The notes under the pieces: model-generated
The model's database searches: none
What the model saw: the letters and a program-made list of their open reading frames with translations, nothing else
What the model was told of the DNA's origin: nothing
Assembly: GCA_045863295.1 (NCBI GenBank)
Contig: BTWA01000002.1
Span: forward strand, 32,001-96,000
From: Candidatus Hydrogenedentota bacterium
GTDB taxonomy: Bacteria; Hydrogenedentota; Hydrogenedentia; Hydrogenedentales; SLHB01
Length of the DNA: 64,000 bases
Reading direction: 5' to 3'
Made by a program: the position numbers and the translations under genes
Shown here: piece by piece, positions 22,157 to 29,370 of the stretch
Layout: each line of letters opens with the position of its first letter
Numbering within the stretch: the stretch's first letter is position 1

Positions 22157-22350
22157 TATGGACTGCGGAAGCTTGCTTCCGCCTTAGCTAAGCAAGCTTG
22201 CTTGCGGCTTCGAAGGAATGAGCGTTAAATTATGGCGGAGTGTGAAGACCTTCTTGCGCGGGCTGGTGATTTATTCTTGCTTTAGCGACAGGTGCGCAAG
22301 CGGGAGCAAGCTCCCTTAGGCAAGGCGGAAGCAAGCTTCCGTAGTCCATA
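22157..22350. repeat. REPIN-like element copy 2 (right flank of RAYT, direct repeat of copy 1)
   Basis: 22157-22207 is identical to 21363-21413 and 22300-22341 is identical to 21507-21548. The terminal IRs 22159-22185 and 22322-22348 differ by one mismatch. Confidence 0.92.
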
Positions 22351-22382
22351 TGGGTGCACGAACCTTACAGACACTTCTGCCA

Positions 22383-22886
22383 TTACTTGCTAATGTTTTC
22401 TTCTCTATCCCCACGAATTCCAATAAAGTGAGAAACGCCGAAATCCGGCGAATTTAGTAGAGGTAGCCACTTTCCGTAGGAGTAGTTTTCATCCTGGAGG
22501 AAGAATCTTATTCTGCTGCCGTCCGGGAACGAAACTGAACCGTGAAACTCGTCTGCAAACCCATCCAATTCAATTTCGTAGTTGTCAGGAAAGTCGTAAC
22601 CGACAAAGTCTTCTAAATCCGCGCCGGAAAAGGCGGAAGTTCCCGCCGTCAGCTTTGGAATCTCTCCAGTTTCCAAGGCAGACAGCGACTGGCGCATGAA
22701 AGCGTCGGCCAACTTGATTCGGCGCATTCGATCGAAATCGTTGAGAAGAAAAAAGTATAACCAGATCAACGCGAATCCAAGGTTTCCAAATATCTTCGCG
22801 GCTTTGCCCTTGCCTTGTCGCCATTGGACAAATCGATAGATTGCGGCAATCAGAAAGATAGAGAAGATAATTCCGTCGAGTAACAC
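22383..22886 (-). CDS. Hypothetical membrane protein (2 N-terminal TM helices); paralog of 22969..23478
   Basis: 167-aa ORF with AGGAG RBS, lower GC than flanking genes and visible similarity to its neighbour. Confidence 0.75.
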   Translation of the reverse strand: MLLDGIIFSIFLIAAIYRFVQWRQGKGKAAKIFGNLGFALIWLYFFLLNDFDRMRRIKLADAFMRQSLSALETGEIPKLTAGTSAFSGADLEDFVGYDFPDNYEIELDGFADEFHGSVSFPDGSRIRFFLQDENYSYGKWLPLLNSPDFGVSHFIGIRGDREENISK

Positions 22887-22968
22887 GTTACCGGACTCCT
22901 ATCGATTCTCGACTAGAGGAATCGCCGCCATCCCCTCAATCGTCGTCAGGACTATCCCACTCAAGGGT

Positions 22969-23478
22969 TCACATTTGCGCTGTGTGCTCTTTGAATTCGA
23001 ACGATTTCAACCTGAAGCCAGGCGCATTGAATCCCCGAATCCAGCCCCAACCCATGTAGCGAATATCTTCGACACTAACGTCTATTTCGCCCTTGCCGGG
23101 CAATATCACGTTGCAGCGGAAGATCTCCCGGAAGATATAAGCATCGTCAATACGGACGTTCGTATTTAAGTCTCTCCCCCGAGTCTCTTCGATCGACGCA
23201 CGAGTAGAGTCAAAAGCGTGATCGGAAAGCGGAGGTGTCTCTCCTGCCTCCAATGTTGTAAGGGCGTCTCGCACAAACGCTTCGCTCAGTTTCGAGCGGC
23301 GGACATCGTCAATGTCCTGCAGAAAGAGAACCAAATATAGTAGCGTGATGGGTGGAAAAGTAACCAAGGTGGTAGTGGTTCCTTTACTATTCCGGCCGCT
23401 ACGCCAACGCCGCCACTCTACGGCCACGCAAAATGCGAACCAGAAAAATGCGATCCCACTGATGTAGACATTGCCCAT
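22969..23478 (-). CDS. Hypothetical membrane protein (2 N-terminal TM helices); paralog of 22383..22886
   Basis: 169-aa ORF with the same architecture; LFLQDIDDVRRSKLSEAFVRDALTTLEAGETPPL aligns with the neighbour. Confidence 0.75.
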   Translation of the reverse strand: MGNVYISGIAFFWFAFCVAVEWRRWRSGRNSKGTTTTLVTFPPITLLYLVLFLQDIDDVRRSKLSEAFVRDALTTLEAGETPPLSDHAFDSTRASIEETRGRDLNTNVRIDDAYIFREIFRCNVILPGKGEIDVSVEDIRYMGWGWIRGFNAPGFRLKSFEFKEHTAQM

Positions 23479-23563
23479 CGGCTTTTATCCAATCCGCCCC
23501 CCCTGACACCGGACGGGCGCTTTCGTCGTCCAATACGTATAATATGACAATGCTTCACATAGG

Positions 23564-24388
23564 GTGATTCTGTCAATGACTTCACATTCCCTGGGCCTGT
23601 TCGCAGGCTTTAAGATACCGATTCCGCTTGCGGAGCGGTTTGCCATGATGCGCGATGCCGGGTTTGATTCCACCGTGTTGTGGTGGGACGACGCTGACGG
23701 GGAGCGGCGTGTCTGGCGGGATTCCGTACCGGATATGGCCCGGGACGCGGGATTGGCCATCGATCATTTCCATGTGCCGTACCGCGGGTGCAACGTGTTG
23801 TGGGGCAGCCTTGAAGCCGATCGGATGGCGCTGGTGCAACGGCACGTGCAATGGGTAAGAGACTGTGCACGTCACGACATTCCCACCATGGTGATGCACG
23901 TGACCCAGGGGCGGGCCGTGCCGGAGCCGACGCCGGAGGGCATTGACAGTCTGCGCCGGATTGTGGCGGCAGGGGAAGACAGCGGCGTGACAGTGGCCGT
24001 CGAGAACACCCACTGCCCGGACCACCTCGACGCGTTACTGGCGGCGATCGATTCGCCGTGTCTGGGGCTGTGCTACGACATCAGCCACGACTGGCTGCAC
24101 AGCGGCGCGCCGTTTGCCTTGTTGCGGCGGTGGCGGCACCGGGTGGCGGCGCTGCATCTGAACGACACGGATGGCCGGTTGGATCGGCATTGGCTGCCAG
24201 GAGAGGGACAGGTCGACTTTTCAGAGGTCATGAGGATTTTGGCGGCCGGTACAGACAGCCCCGTACTGATGTTGGAAGTGGTGCCCAAAGATCGGGCCGA
24301 GAGCGTGGAGCCGTTTCTGGCGCGGGCGCGCCAGAGTGGAATCTGGCTCCAAGGGCTACACAGGGCAGGCCGGGCGGCCGTGGCCTGA
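23564..24388 (+). CDS. Sugar phosphate isomerase/epimerase (xylose-isomerase-like TIM barrel, AP_endonuc_2)
   Basis: Metal-ligand pattern VENT, CYDISH, LHLND...DRHWLPGEG and LEV. Start may be 23576. Confidence 0.85.
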   Translation: MILSMTSHSLGLFAGFKIPIPLAERFAMMRDAGFDSTVLWWDDADGERRVWRDSVPDMARDAGLAIDHFHVPYRGCNVLWGSLEADRMALVQRHVQWVRDCARHDIPTMVMHVTQGRAVPEPTPEGIDSLRRIVAAGEDSGVTVAVENTHCPDHLDALLAAIDSPCLGLCYDISHDWLHSGAPFALLRRWRHRVAALHLNDTDGRLDRHWLPGEGQVDFSEVMRILAAGTDSPVLMLEVVPKDRAESVEPFLARARQSGIWLQGLHRAGRAAVA

Positions 24389-24532
24389 CGAGGAAAGCCA
24401 CGGGGCGGAAAGGGACGGGCAAGGGCACTTCCCGCGCACGGAACTGTCCTTCCACTGCCCGTAGCCCAAATTCCGTACCCCCGGCACCCACCCAAAGGGC
24501 AGCCCCATCCGGTCTCCAGCCTCGCGACCGAT

Positions 24533-24562
24533 TTGACTCCCTCCTCCTTTGTTTGCTACCGT
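24533..24562 (+). promoter_or_regulatory. Putative promoter of the infC operon
   Basis: TTGACT (24533-24538), 18 nt, then TACCGT (24557-24562) preceded by TG-C, an extended -10-like arrangement. Confidence 0.45.
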
Positions 24563-24582
24563 ATGGCACGCTTGTGCGTAAG

Positions 24583-24715
24583 CGGCAAGAAGGGCATTTG
24601 TCCTCACCTCGTGGCGATCCGTTGGATTTGCTAGCAGGTTACAGAACGCAAACTTCATGCTTGAAGTGTGTCTGTACGGCAGAGTTGAGGAAATCGCTCT
24701 GCCGTTTTTGTTTTT
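24583..24715 (+). ncRNA. Ribosomal protein L20 leader-like cis-regulatory RNA (attenuator) upstream of infC-rpmI-rplT
   Basis: AAGA-AGGGC(ATTT)GTCCT-C-ACCT...GCAGGT resembles the Firmicute L20 leader layout. It is followed by a middle hairpin and an intrinsic terminator. Confidence 0.75.
24676..24715 (+). terminator. Intrinsic terminator/attenuator within the infC leader
   Basis: Perfect 9-bp stem ACGGCAGAG/CTCTGCCGT followed by TTTTGTTTTT. Confidence 0.8.
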
Positions 24716-24773
24716 CAGCGCGGGTCGCTGAGGGGTCGCGTCTCCCTCGAATGGGCGCATGGAGGAGCCAGCA

Positions 24774-25304
24774 ATCGCAAAGCCGACGGAACAGAAAGTT
24801 CGCATCAATCGGATGATTCGCGAACGGCAGATTCGCGTTATCAGTGATGAAGGCGAACAGTTGGGCATTATGTCGCCGGACGATGCCATCCGGGAAGCGG
24901 AGAAGCAGGGTCTGGATTTGGTGGAAGTGGCGCCGGGTGCGGTGCCGCCGGTCTGCCGGATCATGGACTACGGCAAGTACAAGTACCAGCAGAGCAAGCG
25001 TGCAAAGGAATCGAAGAAGCATCAGCACGTGATTGTCATCAAGGAGGTGAAGTTTCGCCCCAAGATCGACAAGCACGACTTCGAATACAAAACGAATCAC
25101 GTGCGCGAGTTCTTGCAGGAAGGGAACAAGGTTAAGGTCACGGTCATGTTTCGCGGCCGCGAGATGGCTCACCCCGAGTTCGGGCAGGAGTTGGTCGCGC
25201 GGGTGCTGGAAGGCGTGAAAGACTTGTTTCAGGAAACCATCGACGTATCACGTCTTCGCCTCGAAGGGCGGACGATGACCGTGATGCTTTCACCGGCGAA
25301 GTAA
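24774..25304 (+). CDS. infC: Translation initiation factor IF-3 (probable non-canonical ATC start)
   Basis: RINRMIR..VISDEGEQLGIM, LDLVEVAPGAVPPVCRIMDYGKYKY, KEVKFRPKIDKHD and FRGRE. GGAGGA at 24761-24766 is spaced for ATC 24774. Confidence 0.97.
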   Translation: MAKPTEQKVRINRMIRERQIRVISDEGEQLGIMSPDDAIREAEKQGLDLVEVAPGAVPPVCRIMDYGKYKYQQSKRAKESKKHQHVIVIKEVKFRPKIDKHDFEYKTNHVREFLQEGNKVKVTVMFRGREMAHPEFGQELVARVLEGVKDLFQETIDVSRLRLEGRTMTVMLSPAK

Positions 25305-25409
25305 GGCCCATTCCGAACGGTTCTGAGCCCGAACGCGCCAGTCTGGGCACTGGGGCGGCAACCGGGCATGTCGCGCCGCATGGCGACGTGTCCCACGGAG
25401 GAGAGTGAA

Positions 25410-25607
25410 ATGCCGAAAATGAAGACCAACAAAGCCGCGAAGAAGCGGTTTCGGGTAACGAAGAATGGCAAGGTGCTGCGGAAGCAGGCCGGTGTGCGCC
25501 ACATTCTGACGAAGAAGTCCGCAAAGCGGAAACGGAACCTGCACAAGACCACGTTGTTGTCCGAGGCGGAGTCCGATCGGGTTCGCCGGTTGCTGCCGTA
25601 CGGCTGA
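25410..25607 (+). CDS. rpmI: 50S ribosomal protein L35
   Basis: [21 protein letters not shown]...[14 protein letters not shown]...LLPY; GGAGGAG RBS. Confidence 0.98.
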   Translation: MPKMKTNKAAKKRFRVTKNGKVLRKQAGVRHILTKKSAKRKRNLHKTTLLSEAESDRVRRLLPYG

Positions 25608-25684
25608 ACCGGGCACAACGGAAATTGAACAGGGACGTGGTTTCCGCTTTCTGAGCGGAGCGCAACGAAGAAAGGGCCAAACCC

Positions 25685-26053
25685 ATGCCACGGGCAACCA
25701 ACACGCCGGCCGCGAAAGCGCGGCGCCGCAAAGTCATGAAAATGGCGAAGGGCTTTTTTGGAGGCCGGCGCAAGCTGCTCCAAACCGCCCGGATTGCTAC
25801 CCATAAAGCCGGACAATACTCCTACCGCGATCGCCGCGCGAAAAAGCGCGATTTTCGCCAGCTGTGGATCACGCGCATCAACGCCGCGACCCGCGCCTCC
25901 GGCCTGAGCTATAATCGCTTTATCCAGGGATTGCGCCTGGCGAACGTGGACCTGAACCGCAAGATGCTTGCGGAAATCGCGGCCACCGACGAAGCGAAGT
26001 TTCAACAATTGGTCGAGCTGGCCAGGACCTCGCTGACCGCGGCCCAGTCCTGA
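25685..26053 (+). CDS. rplT: 50S ribosomal protein L20
   Basis: AKGFFGGR, YRDRRAKKRDFRQLWITRINAA and LNRKMLAEIA. Confidence 0.98.
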   Translation: MPRATNTPAAKARRRKVMKMAKGFFGGRRKLLQTARIATHKAGQYSYRDRRAKKRDFRQLWITRINAATRASGLSYNRFIQGLRLANVDLNRKMLAEIAATDEAKFQQLVELARTSLTAAQS

Positions 26054-26055
26054 TT

Positions 26056-26784
26056 ATGCGGGTCTTGCCCGCGGTGGACATCCGGGGCGGGTTGTGCGTC
26101 AACCTCGTCCAGGGCGACTACGATCAGGAAACCGTCTTTTCATCCGATCCGGTGGAACAGGCGCGCCTCTGGCACTCGCTCGGCGGCGACTTGGTCCACA
26201 TCGTCGATCTGGACGGCGCGCGCGTCGGCGAAGTCCGTATCGAATCCGAACTCACCGCCATCGTCTCGTCCGGCATCCCGGTCGAAGTCGGTGGCGGTAT
26301 TCGTTCCATGGCGGCCGTGGATGCGCTGTGCGCTTTGGGCGTGGACCGTGTGATCCTCGGCACGGCCGCTCACGACGATCCCGCCTTTCTTCTCGCGGCG
26401 GCCGAAAAGTATCCCGGTAAGATTGCCGTCGGTATCGATGCCAAAGCAGGCAAGGTCGCGCTCCATGCGTGGAAAACTGTCACCGATACCGAAGCGGTCG
26501 CTTTTGCGCGCGACGTGGAGCGTGCGGGAGCGGCACGCATTATCTACACGGATATTCTAAGCGATGGCATGATGCTGGGGCCTAACTACGCGGCCACCCG
26601 CGCAGTGGCGGAGGCAGTCTCCATTCCCGTAACCTTATCGGGCGGCGTTTCCTCACTGGAGAATATCCGCCGGGCTCGTGCGTTGGAACCGGCGGGAGTG
26701 GACGAGATCATCATTGGCCGGGCTTTGTACCTCGGGGCATTCACGGTCCCCGAGGCTCTCGCGGCGGCACGGGAGGGCGTTTGA
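26056..26784 (+). CDS. hisA: Phosphoribosylformimino-5-aminoimidazole carboxamide ribotide isomerase
   Basis: PAVDIRGGLCVNLVQGDY, HIVDLDGA, VGGGIRS, YTDILSDG, SGGVSS and IGRALY. Confidence 0.95.
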   Translation: MRVLPAVDIRGGLCVNLVQGDYDQETVFSSDPVEQARLWHSLGGDLVHIVDLDGARVGEVRIESELTAIVSSGIPVEVGGGIRSMAAVDALCALGVDRVILGTAAHDDPAFLLAAAEKYPGKIAVGIDAKAGKVALHAWKTVTDTEAVAFARDVERAGAARIIYTDILSDGMMLGPNYAATRAVAEAVSIPVTLSGGVSSLENIRRARALEPAGVDEIIIGRALYLGAFTVPEALAAAREGV

Positions 26785-27641
26785 AGCCGACATTCGACAT
26801 CGTCACGATTGTGGGTGCGGGACTGTTGGGCGGCTCACTGGGATTGGCGCTAAAAGCAAACGGCCAAGCGGGTGTAGTGCGCGGCGTGGGGCGGCGGCAG
26901 GAAACACTGGAGACCGCCAAAGCCCAAGGCGCCATCGACGAAGCCCACCTGGATTTACGAGTAGCGGTCAAAGACGCGGATCTGATTGTCGTCTGTACTC
27001 CAGTCCTTCAAACCATTGCTCAACTCGAAGAAATGACCGGCGAGATTTCCCCAAATGCCGTGGTGACGGACGTGGCCAGCACAAAGGCGGCGGTTTGCTC
27101 GGCCGTACGCGCCGCGTGGCCCAAGCCGTACCGCTTTATCGGCAGCCACCCGATGGCGGGTTCAGAGAAGTTTGGCCCCGAACATGCCCGGGCGGATTTG
27201 TACGACGGCAAGGTCGTGGTGGTAACACCGACCGAGTCCGACGATCCCGGCGCTCGCAAAACCATTTACCATCTATGGGAATCCCTGGGTGCTGATGTGG
27301 TGGAGATGGATGCACGGGTGCACGACGGTCTGGTGGCGCGTACCAGCCATGTGCCTCACATCGTGGCCGCATGCCTTTCGCAATTGGCGGCCGCGGCAGG
27401 CGACGACGCGAGTCCGGTGGCGGGTTCGGGTTTTCGCGACATGACCCGTGTAGCGGAAGGGCGGCCTGAATTGTGGCGCGACATTTGCCTCACCAACGTG
27501 GACGGCATATCCGAGGCGCTTCGCGATTTGGAAAATCAGTTGTCCGTGTTTCGCACGTGGCTGGAAGATCGTGCCGACGAAGACGTGGAAGTCTTTTTTC
27601 AGGCGGGCCGGGATGCGCGCGCGCAGGTGTTGCATGAATGA
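26781..27641 (+). CDS. tyrA: Prephenate/arogenate dehydrogenase
   Basis: GAGLLGGS Rossmann motif, TDVASTK, SHPMAGSE, HD..VA..SHVPH and GSGFRDMTR. Confidence 0.93.
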   Translation: MKPTFDIVTIVGAGLLGGSLGLALKANGQAGVVRGVGRRQETLETAKAQGAIDEAHLDLRVAVKDADLIVVCTPVLQTIAQLEEMTGEISPNAVVTDVASTKAAVCSAVRAAWPKPYRFIGSHPMAGSEKFGPEHARADLYDGKVVVVTPTESDDPGARKTIYHLWESLGADVVEMDARVHDGLVARTSHVPHIVAACLSQLAAAAGDDASPVAGSGFRDMTRVAEGRPELWRDICLTNVDGISEALRDLENQLSVFRTWLEDRADEDVEVFFQAGRDARAQVLHE

Positions 27642-28264
27642 AGGGTGTATTCATCACATTCGAAGGCATTGAGGGCAGCGGAAAATCTACCCAAATTGCG
27701 CGCCTGCGGGCCTTTCTCGAATCCCACAACCAACCGGTCATTGAGACCCGCGAACCCGGCGGCACTCCCATTTCCGAATCCATCCGCGCTCTGTTGTTGA
27801 ATCCCGCGCATTCCGCCATGGTACCCATCACGGAATTGCTGCTGTATGCGGCGGCCCGCGCCCAGCACGTAGCCGAACGCATTACGCCGGCCCTGGAAGC
27901 GGGATACGTTGTGCTGAGCGACCGGTTCAGCGACTCCACATTGGCGTATCAGCAAGCGGGTCGAAGCCTTCCCGCGGAGGCCATCGAGGGCATTAACAAC
28001 TGGGCCACGGGCGGATTGTGCCCGGAATTGACGATCGTGATCGACGTGCCCGTGGAAATGGGTCTTCGCCGGGCGTTGAATGTAGGTGAACTCGACCGGA
28101 TTGAACAGGAATCACGCGAATTTCACGAGCGCGTTCGCCAGGCCTTCATCGATCTCGCGGAGCACGACTCGGAGCGGATCCACGTCATCGACGGCACATT
28201 GCCGGCGGACGAAGTGGAAAAGGCTATCCGGGAACTGGTGGCGCCGCTGCTGGAATTGCCATGA
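27638..28264 (+). CDS. tmk: Thymidylate kinase
   Basis: FITFEGIEGSGKSTQ, TREPGGT, LLYAAARAQH and SDRFSDSTLAYQ. Confidence 0.97.
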   Translation: MKGVFITFEGIEGSGKSTQIARLRAFLESHNQPVIETREPGGTPISESIRALLLNPAHSAMVPITELLLYAAARAQHVAERITPALEAGYVVLSDRFSDSTLAYQQAGRSLPAEAIEGINNWATGGLCPELTIVIDVPVEMGLRRALNVGELDRIEQESREFHERVRQAFIDLAEHDSERIHVIDGTLPADEVEKAIRELVAPLLELP

Positions 28265-29349
28265 GTCTGGCAGGGATACGCGATCAGGAAGTGGCCTTGA
28301 AGCTGTTGCATAACGTGCTTCGGACACGACGCGTGCCCAACGGATTTCTGTTTCTCGGGCCGCCGGGAGTGGGCAAATTCACAACGGCAATGGAGTTGGC
28401 GAAGGCATTGTGTTGCGCGGCGGGGCAGGAAGACGCCTGCGACGCCTGCCTGGCGTGCCGCAAGGTGGAACATGGCAATCACCCCGATGTTACAGTGATC
28501 CGGCCCCGGGAAAAGACCCGCCTCATCAAGACGAAAGCGGTAGAAGAGATCAACAGCTTTGCCGCGTTGCGTCCGATGGAGGCTCCCCGACGGGTGTTCA
28601 TCATTGAAGATGCGGATCGGATGAACGACACCGCCCAGAACAAATTTCTGAAAACGCTGGAAGAACCGCCCGGCAAATGCGTGTTTATATTGGTGTCGTC
28701 GTATGCGAAATCGCTTTTGCCGACCATCCGGTCCCGTTGCCAAATGGTTCGATTTGGCACACTCCGGGAGGAGACGGTTCAAGCCTTGTTGACCCGAATG
28801 CGCGATGTGAACGAAGGGGATGCGGCGACGCTGGCCGCGATATCGGGCGGTCAGATGACGCGGGCGATCGACCTTGTGGATACCGACAAGCGGTCCATCG
28901 TGTTGACGCTGACCGAGAGCCTGGCGGCGGGGGCGGATCCCGTGCTTCTGGCAGAGGAATTTGCCGGCCGGTTGGCGGGCATGCGCAAACAGCACGAGGC
29001 CGACGTGAACGCGAGCCTCAAATCGGACGATCTGGACGACTACGATAAAGAAGAGGTCGACCGCATTAAGGAAGACCGGATGGCGGTACTGAATGCCCTG
29101 GTTCAGCGGGACATTCTGGAGTACCTCTATTTGATTGCGACCTGGTATCGCGACATCGGTATACTGTCCGCCACGGGTGACATGAGCCGGGTTTGGAACC
29201 GGGATCAGATATCGCGGTTGGAACGGGAAGGATCGCCGCGCGTTGCCGAAAAAATTGCCGCCATCGAGAGGACGCGCCGCTATCTCGATCGGTATATCAA
29301 TGAAGAGCGCGTGTTTCGCGATCTCTTCTTTCAGTTGGCGGCGAATTAG
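28261..29349 (+). CDS. holB: DNA polymerase III delta' subunit
   Basis: GPPGVGK, zinc module CDACLAC, HPDV, NKFLKTLEEPP and LLPTIRSRC; follows tmk. Confidence 0.93.
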   Translation: MSLAGIRDQEVALKLLHNVLRTRRVPNGFLFLGPPGVGKFTTAMELAKALCCAAGQEDACDACLACRKVEHGNHPDVTVIRPREKTRLIKTKAVEEINSFAALRPMEAPRRVFIIEDADRMNDTAQNKFLKTLEEPPGKCVFILVSSYAKSLLPTIRSRCQMVRFGTLREETVQALLTRMRDVNEGDAATLAAISGGQMTRAIDLVDTDKRSIVLTLTESLAAGADPVLLAEEFAGRLAGMRKQHEADVNASLKSDDLDDYDKEEVDRIKEDRMAVLNALVQRDILEYLYLIATWYRDIGILSATGDMSRVWNRDQISRLEREGSPRVAEKIAAIERTRRYLDRYINEERVFRDLFFQLAAN

Positions 29350-29370
29350 CCCATACAGGGAGTCGTATAG

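Noticed and set aside
21363..22350. Interpretation of the palindromic repeats as a CRISPR array or as TIRs of a DDE insertion sequence
   Set aside because: There are only four arms, in inverted pairs, with no regular repeat-spacer period and no cas genes. The enzyme is HuH/Y1 type and no target-site duplication is seen.
22887..22968. Spacer between the tandem paralogs as an integron attC site
   Set aside because: Only a short imperfect hairpin is present, there is no properly placed RYYYAAC...GTTRRRY pair, and no integron integrase is in the window.
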